A stretch of DNA of 54,337 bases, counting the filler, from Sphacelaria rigidula (Eukaryota): NCBI GenBank assembly GCA_964200075.2. It is 5 parts of 5 records of this genome, joined end to end, with 100 filler letters (N's around TTAATTAATTAA, not from the genome) between each part and the next. Parts side by side here need not be neighbours in the genome. Positions count along the whole stretch, not along the records: positions 1 to 10,788 come from CAXNAA020005910.1; positions 10,889 to 21,676 come from CAXNAA020005911.1; 3 more parts are not named here. One strand, written 5' to 3'. A model generated the notes under the pieces. The model saw only the letters and a program-made list of their open reading frames with translations. It was not told the DNA's origin and did not search any database. Position 1 is the first letter of the stretch, and each line of letters opens with the position of its first letter. Below, piece by piece: positions 1 to 11,237 of the stretch. Position numbers and translations under genes: made by a program.

Positions 1-292
1 AGTAATTTCCAGACGAATCATTATTTGTCCGACCCTTGAATGTTTTTGATTGAACACGATCGCTCTCATCGTTCTCAGATACTGATACGCCCGTCCGTGC
101 GAAAACAAGTGGTGTTTCACGACCACTAGCGCCTGGCTTTGCGTCAAATCGACAAATAACTAGTGCCGCATGCGTGACGAGCGCGCGCTGGTATTTCCTG
201 CGCCGATAACCTATTTCTTGTCACGCTGAACCTCTAGACAGAAGTGTCAGCGTAAGCCCTCCATGATCCATACCATCGCTAACCTGGGACAG

Positions 293-448
293 ATCGGCTG
301 TGTGGGGGGACCTCGGAGCGGCTTGGCCGTCTTATCCTTCGGCGAGACACGACTTGCTGCATCTCTATAATAGCGATGCTACCCCGTTGCCCACGCTGAG
401 GGTGGAGGTGTGGCGGTCTGCTCTGCGCGTGCTGGACGACTTGCTGGG
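293..448 (+). CDS. Exon: C2 domain part
   Basis: GCTAAC branch point, CAG acceptor, SAVW...LRVEVWRSALRVLDDLLG, GTGGGT donor. Confidence 0.75.
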
Positions 449-3400
449 GTGGGTGTCTCAATTCACGTGTAAGAGAGGCGGGTGGGTCGGGCAGGTCACT
501 GGTGTAAAAACAAGCGGATCGTTGGCCAACATACCTATAGCATGTTTGTGCATGAATATGCTGGTGCTATACTCCTGTGGTTGTCATTGAGTTTCTACAC
601 GCAGCACCGATTAGAAGGAAAAGACGGCGCGACTTTTCTCTATATGCGTCGATGCTAATCGTATAGCGTTCAACCCTAACCCGAACTCACCTCAGGTACG
701 CCTCCATTAACATGGCCCCGCTCTTGGCACGCCCCGGATCAACATCGGAACGATGGCACGTACTGTCCAACCCCAAGGATGACCCCTCGCGGTCCAACCC
801 CGACTTGGCAAGTGGCCCGATCGCTACCACCCAAGGGTCTCTCCCTTCCGCGGGTATCGTCCTTCTTTCGATGGGATTCACGCCGACAGGGACACCGAGT
901 GTCCGCTCCGCATCTCTGTCGGTGCCTCCACCCCCGATTTCGGGAAACGGCGCACGGAACGATCCTGGGGAGTCCAAGTCCTCTGGTGAGTTTTGGGAAT
1001 CGAGCGCAAACAGCGTTTGGTGCGATTTTTGATGGTCGCCATGATTCCATATCACGATACAGTGTAGATTGATGGTGACTAACGTGAACATTCGAGGTAT
1101 CAAGCATCGCAATGTGTGTACACCATAATTATCCTCTGTATATGGCTTGTTCCGAAACGTTACGAGAAACATATATATATATATATATATACATACATTT
1201 GATGCTTGGCTTGCACCTGGCGTACACAATAATGATATGGATTTGTGGTTGCTTCTTCGTTCGATATACTGTGATTTTACGCTGCCCCAGGTGTTGCTGG
1301 GTCGGCTGTTGCGGTAGGCGTCGCCAGCAGTGCTCATTCATCTAGGTTACCTGCAGCCATCGATACGAGTACAAGGGAGGAGGATGTCGGTCCTACCGAT
1401 CAGTCAAGGCAGCAGCTCCAGTCGTCGCCCCCACAAGTGAACGACCATCGGGAGGCAGGACTCGAGGACAGTCGACAGCCGCGACAAAGCGCCAATCCTA
1501 CCGCGCGGGGTGATGGTAATGGTGGACACGACGTGCCGCCCGCCACCCTCGCCCCCGCCGGTGCAACTGGTGCCGGTAGAAATCGTAGAACCAACCAAAG
1601 TATCCTGCGCCCGGACCGACCTGCCAGTGTTAGTGACGAAAAGCAAGACCCTGTCGTGGTGGCCATGGGCGAAGCAGGCGATAAAACCTCTGGGAATGAT
1701 GAACGACGTCGCTTCGACATCGGCGGTCAAAACGGATCTCCCTTGCCTGAAGTGGATCGGGTAGAGGGTGTTTGGGGTGGTGTGGTCGGCGGGGCTGCTG
1801 GGGGTGGGCTGACGGCGGCCGCGGCTGGAGGGGTAGACGTTCGCGGCGATGAAGTTAAAGAAGTTGACGATGACGGTGTTGATGAGGGGGGGGGCAGGGT
1901 GCACCTTTTCCGGGTGAAGAGTTACACGGCGCCGGTGTGGTGCGAGGTGTGCCGGAGGATGCTCTTCGGGGTAAGGGAACCGCGGCGTTCCGTGATTGTC
2001 TGTGCTTTCGTAATCCATCAATTAATGGATCAATCAAGTAGGTAATTCCTGTGTGTTGTGTGTGTCGATGAGATCACAACCGCCTGGGTCGTTTTCCACG
2101 CTGCAGTACCTCGACACTGAACCTCTCCTTTTGTCTTTGTCTTGCCTACTGGCAGGTGCGAAACCAGGGGTTTTGCTGTGAGGCGTGCTCGATGAACGTC
2201 CATGCGCGCTGCCAGTTGCGGGCCAACTTCCTACACCCGTGCCCTGGTCGCGGGAAAGAGGTGAACGGTGGAAGTGACTCTGCGTATCTGGACATACTTA
2301 TCCAGCCCGCTCGTCGTGTAATTTTGCCTCGGGTCGGAGGTTGCACGGTACCATTCATGTGCCGCAAGTCATCTTGGCGGTGTTCGAGTGCTCCTCTCCC
2401 CTATATGAGGCGAGGTCCTCTTTTTGCCGTGGCTAGTGACACATGACTGTATTGAAGAAGACAATGGACGACGCATGACATGGAGAGTGCGGATAAAAAA
2501 CGTGGGGGTTGCGCAGTACTGTAAGCTCATGTACTGTATGCTAAAATCGCTTGTTTTTTTAACTTTTGGTGAAAGCACTAGAATAAGATGAAGATGCCAC
2601 GAACAAGAAAATGAAAGGCGTGTGCCTGGTGCAGCATCGTAAGCTGCTCGTAGTGCATGCTGAAATGGCCTGCAGATAGGAAGGCCCGTGGTCGTTACGA
2701 TGAAGCAAGCGCCTGAAACGTGCGCCATATGTGGTGTTTTCCCGACGGAAATGGGACAGTCGCGCGCGGCTACGTATTTTTGTGCTGGGAATACCATCGT
2801 GTTAACATTGTCTTGCCCTACACCATGCCTAGCACCCTCTTAATTGTAACCAAGTACAGAAGAGGTCTCCATGCTCCCCCTGCGTGCGCTCCATCCCCTT
2901 TCCCCTTTCTGTGCTCCCCCATATGACATGTGACCCATAGCGACGAGAGCAGGGAGGAAACAAAGTCGGTTCATCGAAGAACGTTTCCCGAAGGAGCAGT
3001 AGCCGAGAGCTGGACCAGGCTGTCGGCTTGTTGCAGGTACCAACACACGCACGTTGAATAGTACGCTCACGAGCGAGGGAGAGAAAGAACGCGTTTGTGC
3101 TTGTGTCAGTGTGTTGATGATCGCGCTCGCATTGCTACGTGGCCTGTAGTTCCTGCTGAAAACATCATCTCGCTATGAGCGGGAGGTTCCGCGCTGTGAG
3201 TCGGGGTCTGGAAGATCGAGCGACTCGGCTCTTGCCTCCGATGCAATACGTATATATAAAAATTATGAGTATATATATATATAAAAGGCCCCGGAAGACT
3301 AGATGACACTAGTTCGACGGATCTAAGCTAGGGCATGGCCTTAAGAGATCTCCCACGTAGCTCTAAAACAAGGCAATGTGGTATGAAGGTGTGACTGACA

Positions 3401-4528
3401 CGGTCCGACTAAAACGCTAAATCATGGCATTTCTGTGCATCGTCGTTCCCAAAGTCTTATCCTTCATTTCAAAATCAAACATCGTACTTGCAAGTGCGGG
3501 GCTTGACAACACTCCGACAGCTGTCGTCCCTAGCGCCAACCCTGGGCCAATCCCCACCCCCCATGGTATCCGTGCTCCCTATCCTCTTTCCCTTATGTGC
3601 AGATCCATCTACGATCCGCTCATCGCTGCGGACCGAGCTGCCGTGGCGCACACTGCATCGCCGGCCAAAGCACCGAAACCGTCGCTGAGCTACAAAGAAA
3701 ACCACGAACCGGCACGTATCACACCGCGAACGGGTCCGCCGCACCTTCCCTTTTCCCGACAGTAGCAGCCACCGGAACACTTACTCGAAGCGGAGAGGGT
3801 TCGGATCGCGGCTTTCTCACAGGAGTAGATGGGGCCGGTATCGTTTCTCCCGGAGGTCGCCAACTGCTGCCGTCCGGAGGCCGCCCAGGGCGGCAACAAC
3901 ACAGCCATGGTTACTTCACGGGCGATCACTACTGCAGAGTAAGGGTCGGGCGGAAAGGGGCTGCTGCAGGCGCGGTCGAGGTGAGGCACGAGGGGGGGCA
4001 CTATGTTCCGTGCCTTTTGTTGCATGCTCTCTCCAAAGAACGAGGGCGCGTCATGTTTCCACACGCGTGACATGTGTTGGCGTCGCAGAGAAAATGTCTC
4101 CCCTGCAACAGTTCCGGTGAAATATGCCACCTTCTGTGAACCGCTGATCCCTTTCCAGACTTGACTCAGCGTAACTTTCCTAATTTGTACCGTGGAGCCC
4201 AAGAGGTATATGTCTCGAATCCTCGGTCAGACGTCGTCGAGGTTTGCGCTGTGCCCTACCGATGGAATGTCGGACTGTGGGATTGTGATCGTAGGGTACC
4301 ATATAGGCACGCGTACTGTAGTACGCATGACTTTTTGAAAATCTTTGATTGATGATTTTTGACTATCGATTGTCGCACTTCAACTGACCCCCTAGGGATT
4401 CGGCCGTGGTCACATGATTGACGTACCCGAGACAAGACAAAACTGGAACACTGGGTGAAGAAAAAAGAAACGGAAGTGGTAGAAGAGAACAGAGTAGACT
4501 AAGACAAAAAGGAAGAAGAATGATAATG

Positions 4529-4591
<63 letters not shown>

Positions 4592-6523
4592 GTAATAAAT
4601 GTCCGGCATCTGCCACATGAGTTCGGCGGACAAGGTCTTGCGCAGAAGCACACTCATACCCAGTCGTGCAAAACAAAAGGCCTGAGGACAACAGCTCATT
4701 ACTGTTGTGATTATTTTTTCGAGAAAAAATGCATTAGCCGCGCACTGAAGATCGTGTTGTTGAATTCTTCTCACCGATTGAAGCTTCGCGGCTGGAAAGC
4801 ACGTCTTTTGATGACGCAGCCTTCGCCGTACCGGGAGATTTCTGCTGGCATGTTGCAAGGATGACCTTCGATTTTGTTCCGCTCCATGTATTGTTTTTTG
4901 TCACGAGGTATATGCCAGGCAACCCACTTTGTACGACTACGACCCAAAGGCAGTCTTATTCCTCGCTCTGCCATGTTGTCTCTCCAGGTATATACCCGAT
5001 CCTCCCTTCCCCCCTTTTTTGCGATCTTGACCGCGCGTTTTTTCTGTGGGCAATTATTAAATCCTGGCAGGTGGTACGCACTGAGGCAGTGTTCCAGACG
5101 CACGACCCCCTGTTCGATAAAACCTGGGTGTTCGTGGCGCCGTCGTACGACAGCCTCATCTCCGTAGATCTTGTAGATGCATCCACGGACAAGTCTGTTG
5201 GGGTGTTTGAAACCAGCGTCATCGCGCTTCTGCAGGTGCGATGGTACAGCTGTGATCTATCGGAGGAATGAGTGACGGGAATCGTGCATGTTCATCGCGG
5301 GGATGTTGATCTTGTGACCACAGCTATTGATAGTTTTGTTGCCAATCAGCTACTTTGAGATAAACCGTCAATTATTCACCAATCAATCAATCAGTCGCTC
5401 AAAAAATATGTGGATGCAGGAGTAAAGGACTTCTCGGATAGAAGATTTCTGAATGCTCATCGAGAGTTCCATTCTCCACAACGGGCTACCTGCCCTGATC
5501 TCGGACTCCAGCTAGTTCCCCAGCACGAATATGGTTGTCCTCCAGGAACGTGTTCATTTTTGAAGAAATACGCACGATCTTGTGGGATACATGGACGTAA
5601 TTTTTCTCATCACCGTCGGTGTTATACTCGCGGGAGGTACTAGCTGTGCGGAAGGCTGTAAGGTCTCATGTACCGGTTGTATGGACACTTGGTCAACTCT
5701 TGTGTGTGTGCTTCCCTCCGTGCTGTACTCGTTTTACACCCGCCGTATCAGGTCTTCTGAGGGCTGTGTACCGGTCTTTTTCATGACTGAAATTTAGGGA
5801 GTTGGGTTTCATCAGTACCCTGATGCACCAGTAGCAATTTGGCGCGCTGGAATATATATATATATATATGTCAGTGCAAAATAAGCCCTTTCGCTATTTT
5901 GTTGAGACCCGCTGTGATCCCTTTCTCAGGATCGGCCACCATAAAACAGAAATAAGGTACACACGTATCTAAAACCCCAATGACATGTGGCGCTTACACT
6001 AGGCGGAGTACGATGCACGCGCAGTGGGCCATAAGTCTCCAAGCGAACAACTACGGAATCGGAGACTGCTAGCCCCTGGTGCTGCGGAGGACGAGGAAAA
6101 CGTCACGGGCATACTTGAGGTGTGACGTAAGAGATATCACATGAGGGTTGGAGCTGCGGGAGAATGAGAGTCAGTCCTTGCATTTAGCATGTACTGTAAA
6201 TCACTTCAAGCCAATGCGAGGTGCGGCACATCTCTCAGTGCCCTCCCCCCCTCCGCCACCTCCGCCTTCTTTGCCTTTTAGAAATATGCTGCACATTGGC
6301 GCAAGGTTCGATTTCATACCGAAGAACACACGACCCTACCCTTTTCCTCCCATGATTTGGCCTTGTATATGGTGAGAGGAGAAGCATCAATACCTGTCCC
6401 CTGTGATTCTCCGCGATATCAAGGGCATCGTGCGGGGAAAATGTCAGAGTAGCAATGGTTGGAAAATAGAGGAATAATCCGTCTGTGACCACGGGTTCGC
6501 GAGATCGGACTAGTGTGCGGAAA

Positions 6524-6579
<56 letters not shown>

Positions 6580-9210
6580 ATGATTAGAACAACAGTAATC
6601 CTTCCCAAGTGACGGCCGTGATATTGGATGACACGTACACTAACTCAGTAAGTAATACTAACTTACACGAAGTACACACCAGGTACCATCAGAATACCAA
6701 GTTCCGGCTGAGCGATGGTGATTTCTGACAATTTCACGGTTAAGACGAATAAATCGTGATTCAACTCATACTCATCATTTCAACGAACGATTCATACCAT
6801 TCGTACAATATTTGTAATTTACACAGGTTTTGAGGTCGTGACTGGTGCATTACACCGTGAAATATACCTGTTTCCTACCTCCCGTTCATACAGGGTAAAT
6901 CCTTGGCACATATTCATTCCCTGTACAAAATGTGGAAATTTATCGGTTGCACAACATCCCACTCTTTACTTTCATGAGGCGTGAATGGCATGTACATGTA
7001 TAACATGCGTGAGTCGTGCGAAGACGAAGAGTCGGCACATGGTTGAACCCTCTCATTTTTTGGGCATTGAATCAGGCGTACTTTTGTCCCATCTGTAATG
7101 CGGTTGAGATGTCTGCACTGCATATGTTATCCACCGTCGGGTGCATACGGGACCAACAGTCGGTATATGGTTGAATCCTCTCATGTCATGGGGAGTCAAC
7201 TCATATAAATCATGGTTTGTCCTAACCGTGGACAATTTGCGTCCACAGCTGTATTGTCGGCGGCGCCCTGGTGGTCAAAATTAAAATGGTACACGTGAAA
7301 TCACACTTACTCTTACGGAAGAGTGCACGGGTTCAAATCCCGCTAGATGCATTTTTTTTTGTCGGGGAAGGGGGGCGGGGGAGAGTTATGTGACTTGTTT
7401 CGCTGAAAGCGTGAGGGCGTCATCAGCAAAGATGAAAGCGTTTAACGAGTAACGAGGCCGTGCGGGAGTGCCGATTCCATCCACGACACCAAAATGTGAG
7501 GAGTGTACCGGGAGGGGGGAGGGAGGAAGTGCACCGGAGGAAAGATGAGTTCATCCCTTGAGAGTTGAGAGTTTGGTCTGGTCTCGACATAGGGATGGGT
7601 TTAAATAGTGAGGCAAAATAAAGAAAAAAACTATATACGATAGTGGTCGCGACATACCCTTGCGTTCGCATTACACACTTGACCGGGCGCAGAAACCGTA
7701 GTGAAGAAGAGTGACGAAATCTGGACTATGGGGTTCTGTTGCCGTCCCCAAGCTGGGGTAGGTTCAGCCTGATGTAACTTTTCTTTTTTTTCTCCTCACA
7801 CTTTGGATTACTCCCCTTCCTTGGGATGAGTCCGTGGTCTCAAGGGATCAACCCATCTCTCCGCCGGTACGTGCCTTTCATTTNNNNNNNNNNAAAAACC
7901 CAACGCATCAGGAATCGAACCCCCGTTCTCTCCACCCTAGTGGTGACAGGCGGACCATTACACCACCGGGGTGCGGCATGCCCGCGCGTTTTTCGGGCGT
8001 GTGGACTGTTTTTCCTAGTTGTAGCCGTGCCTACGTATCGAGGGTTCTGTTCTTGATCGAGTGCATCCATCCCATCTCACCGTGATGGTGATAAACATAA
8101 GCATCCACGAGGATATGGCATTCAGTGTTGTACTTTACAGTGATGGACTCAGCACGGCAGCGCGAGGGAAGACGTCGTCGATGGCGAATGTGAGCCGCGT
8201 TAGGGTATCGTCAGATTTTTTTCAAGGGTGCATGATGTGCTGGGTTGTGAAGAAGATATTTGCCTCTCTCCCACGAGTGGCGCCAAGATGGGGCTTTTAC
8301 TAGAGGTGCAGGCAATGTCTTGGATTTCTAACGGCATCGCTACCCCCACAGGCATTGAGCTAGCACGGTACATCTGAAAAAAAAAGGGTAGAGCGGAAGC
8401 ACGGTAGATGACTAGAATCACGTTTTGTGATGCCAATCGATTACCCCGATAAAAAAAATGTTCCATATATTGCATTGCAAAATACTGGCGATACGTGGGA
8501 TTCGACAAGGGATATGGAGGCGTTTTCACGGTCCTACGCAGTGCTGCTGTCCTCGTAGGACTTTGATATACCGCAATTGACAACATCGCCGCACAAGGTG
8601 TTCATCACATGCACCCGATAAGCCAATCATTCAATCACGAAAAGCACAGGACTATTCACACAAGAGCGGAACACACATGAGATATAGAATTCGACGAGGG
8701 ATAACGAGGCGTTTTTCGGTTCTCAAACAGCATTTTGGGCCCCGTAGTCAACACCTTTTCCGGTTCAGAAAACAATACCAGCGAAACAGACGTATGGACC
8801 GCCATACAAGACATACCTTCCATGGCGACAATGTGGGATATATCGTGCGCAACCATTGGCTAACCAGACAAGGACGACTACGTTTTCAACGAAAATGAAA
8901 CGCAGATGAGGCTGGAGTTTGACGAGGATACCGAGGCGTTTTTTGGTCCTAACGGGATCGTGGGTCCCGCTGGCAACAAGGCTCTCCGCAAAGTTCCCTC
9001 TCGACAACACGCTGATGTAAGCGTGGAGACTCTCAAGTCGCTGGTGGCTAGAGTGAAGGGGATCATCCGCTGGTACATCATCGCCAAAAATGGGTGAGTG
9101 AGAGACAGCGAGGAGATATATTGTGGTTTCGTTGACTAATGCCGATAAAAATGTTTGGTATGATTCCATGTGCTTCTGCTACGCAGGTTGTTTCCCCCCG
9201 TTACCCTCCC

Positions 9211-9250
<40 letters not shown>

Positions 9251-10668
9251 CGCACTTTCACTGACCCCCCAGGGGTTCAGCCGTGGTCTCATGATAGACG
9301 TACCCAACAAAAACGAAATTCAAACACGCTCTAAGGAGAAGAAATAGGAACAGAAAAAATAGGAACAGAAAAAATAGGAACAGAAAAAATAGGAACAGAA
9401 AAAATAGGAACAGAAAAAAAAGGAAAGAAAGAGGGGTCGAACAGAACGACATAGCCGACTAAGTCGTGACAAAAAAAGAGTAATGACAATTCAACACAAG
9501 CAAAGCACAGAAAGAAATGGCCGACCTGAAGCAAGAAAAAGGAAGACAAGAGGAAAGTACAAAGCGAATAAAAAGAATACAATGAAACGATGGGAGAAAA
9601 AGCCATGTGGCTCCTTTGTGTATTTTGTGTGCGTGGAGAATGACTTGAGTTTCGCGGAAGTATGCCTTTTTTTTCTCCTGTTGTGAAGCAGTATGATAAA
9701 TTTAAGAGGACCCGCCGGCGTTCAGAGCGCTGAGTCGATGCTAATAGTGCAGTGCCGTGCAAGAGATGTACCGGACAAGAGGTGGGTTGATCGTTTTGGG
9801 ACAATGGGCATATCTCGAGGAGAGCGGTGTGTGTGTGTGTGTGGTTAATATGTACGATGACAAAGAACAGAAAAGCTTGAGCATGTTATGTCGTGGGTGG
9901 GGTTGGTGATGTTCTTCCTTCGCCGAGCAGCACTTGAATGTTGATTGGTTGATTGTTGTTGTCGATCAATTGTCGTACATGCATTTATCCACCACGGATG
10001 CAGACGTGGTCATCAGATAGATGCAGGTACTCAGGGGATATAAAATGGGAAGCACTCGCTGAAGGACACGCGAGATGCGGGAAAGATGGGCGACAAAGAA
10101 GAGAAAAACTCAGAACGGACAACAAACGTTCAACCAACCATCCTTTCCACACAACACGGATGCTTGGAACCCCCGTACACACACCGCCCTCCACTCTCTG
10201 CGTACATTTTATCATTTTCATGCCGCAAAAAATCCGTATATCTGACAAGCATATGAGGATGTCGCGATTGTACACTCAAGTCTTGCTCAAAACGTCGTGT
10301 TTGGGCTGCTTCTCTCCGCGTTGATGTAAGGTACCTAATGATGCAACCGCCGCCTGCCGCCCCCCCCCCCCGCTCCCCCGTCCGTGCAGCTACGAACATG
10401 GGGGGTTTGTGGGGTACCACGCGTGGACACCCATAAGCCTTGTGATGTCGTGGGAGAACACCGCGTTATCATCCATCAGCCTCGTTGTGTTTGTGTACCT
10501 CTGCCTCGTGGCCAACGCGGAGTACATTCTAGCTCTGCTGCCCTTTTCGCTGCTAGTATTCATGACCTGGGGTTACCTGCAGAGGAGAAGTGGCGCTTAC
10601 GTTCAAGGTTGGATCTCCGGCGAGAGTACTTCTGTTGGGGGAGTTAAGGATCATCACGCAGGATTCCG
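293..10668 (+). CDS. Partial multi-exon gene: C2-C1-C2-transmembrane protein, MCTP-like (5' and 3' ends outside contig)
   Basis: Phase-consistent GT-AG exons 293-448, 696-985, 1357-1970, 2156-2260, 2941-3036, 3603-3980, 5071-5235, 6003-6119, 8906-9093 (or -9072), 10390-10668. Motifs: C2 (LRVEVWRSALRVLDDLLG; DHYCRVRVG...RTEAVFQTHDPLFDKTWVF), C1 zinc finger, and MCTP-type 'MSWEN' followed by hydrophobic helices. Confidence 0.85.
696..985 (+). CDS. Exon: end of first C2 domain
   Basis: CTAAC...CAG acceptor; GYASINMAPLL...ERWHVL...GIVLLSMGF; GTGAGT donor. Confidence 0.8.
1357..1970 (+). CDS. Exon: low-complexity linker plus N-half of C1 domain
   Basis: In-phase CAG acceptor; HLFRVKSYTAPVWCEVCRRMLFG; GTAAGG donor. 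Confidence 0.85.
2156..2260 (+). CDS. Exon: C-half of C1 domain
   Basis: VRNQGFCCEACSMNVHARCQLRANFLHPC after polypyrimidine tract and CAG. Confidence 0.88.
2941..3036 (+). CDS. Exon: linker into second C2 (…AVGLLQ)
   Basis: Phase-0 exon TAG|…CAG|GT; joins to IHLRSAH to give a C2 first strand. Confidence 0.65.
3603..3980 (+). CDS. Exon: second C2 domain with long loop insertion
   Basis: IHLRSAH…GDHYCRVRVG; CAG acceptor, GTGAGG donor. Confidence 0.75.
4345..4455 (-). mobile_element. Non-LTR retroposon 3' end, copy 1
   Basis: Shared ~85-bp block (GATTGTCGCACTT.AACTGACCCCC…GACGTACCC) with 9214-9330 and 29234-29330; degenerate (CAAT)n tail. Confidence 0.7.
4521..4597. repeat. (TAA)n microsatellite
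   Basis: Direct reading. Confidence 0.95.
5071..5235 (+). CDS. Exon: second C2 domain core
   Basis: VVRTEAVFQTHDPLFDKTWVF…ISVDLVD…KSVG. Confidence 0.85.
6003..6119 (+). CDS. Exon: end of second C2
   Basis: Phase-0 exon AEYDARA…VTGILE, continuing into MRLEF. Confidence 0.65.
6524..6579. repeat. (ACT)n microsatellite
   Basis: Direct reading. Confidence 0.95.
7262..7360 (+). other. Pol III B-box-containing SINE-like segment
   Basis: GGGTTCAAATCCC followed by a T9 run; weak A-box upstream. Confidence 0.35.
7894..7972 (-). other. tRNA-derived (Asp-like) pseudogene or SINE head
   Basis: Minus strand: A-box TGGTGTAATGG, CCGCCTGTCAC anticodon-arm-like segment, B-box GGTTCGATTCC, T-run; cloverleaf not intact. 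Confidence 0.5.
8906..9093 (+). CDS. Exon: pre-transmembrane region
   Basis: CAG|MRLEFDED…SVETLKSLVARVKGIIRW; GTGAGT donor at 9094, alternative same-phase donor at 9073. Confidence 0.75.
9214..9330 (-). mobile_element. Non-LTR retroposon 3' end, copy 2, with (CAAT)n tail
   Basis: ~9 ATTG units directly abutting the shared block. Confidence 0.75.
9341..9425. repeat. 15-bp minisatellite (AAAAAATAGGAACAG) x~5
   Basis: Direct reading. Confidence 0.9.
10390..10668 (+). CDS. Exon: MCTP-like transmembrane region
   Basis: LVMSWENTALSSISLVVFVYLCLVANAEYILALLPFSLLVFMTWGYL; GTGAGG donor. Confidence 0.85.
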
Positions 10669-10788
10669 GTGAGGTGTTTATCGTTGGGTGCATGCTATGT
10701 CACCGGGAACGCGTGGGGGAGGGGGGTGTACTCATGATCATGCATGCCATAGTCATCAGACCATTGACCTCGCATCCCTACAAAGCCG

Positions 10789-10888
10789 NNNNNNNNNNNN
10801 NNNNNNNNNNNNNNNNNNNNNNNNNNNNNNNNTTAATTAATTAANNNNNNNNNNNNNNNNNNNNNNNNNNNNNNNNNNNNNNNNNNNN
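10789..10888. other. Artificial contig spacer (N44-TTAATTAATTAA-N44); same at 21677-21776, 32565-32664, 43452-43551
   Basis: Identical 100-nt spacer with six-frame stop linker. Confidence 0.97.
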
Positions 10889-11042
10889 TACATTTACCAA
10901 TACACGTTTGTCTCCCCCCCCCCCCCCCCCCCCCCTTAAGGCAAGCAACAAATGAGTACCCCCCCCCCCCCCCTCCCCCTCCGTGCCGCCAATACACGCA
11001 TCACCAATCCTGGGAGAGGACAGAGAAACTTAAGGCTGACAG

Positions 11043-11237
11043 AAAGGGCGTGCGTCCACCCGACAGAGGTGCTCTCAGTCCTGAACACCCTATCCAGCAC
11101 GCTCATCTTCAACAACGCCAACCAAGAGGAACGAATAGCGTTGGCCAGCCGCTTACGGCATTGGGTAGTCGACGACGGGACGTACCTCATTCGAGAGGGC
11201 GACGGTGATAGTATTCCACCCGCCATCTTCATGATAG
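11043..11237 (+). CDS. Exon: N-half of cNMP domain (5' boundary uncertain)
   Basis: LIFNNANQEERIALASRLRHWVVDDGTYLIREGD…AIFMI; GTGAGG donor. Confidence 0.75.

Noticed and set aside
4363-4864. Poly-Ile/Leu/Tyr ORFs
   Set aside because: Translations of the (TAA)n microsatellite in an intron
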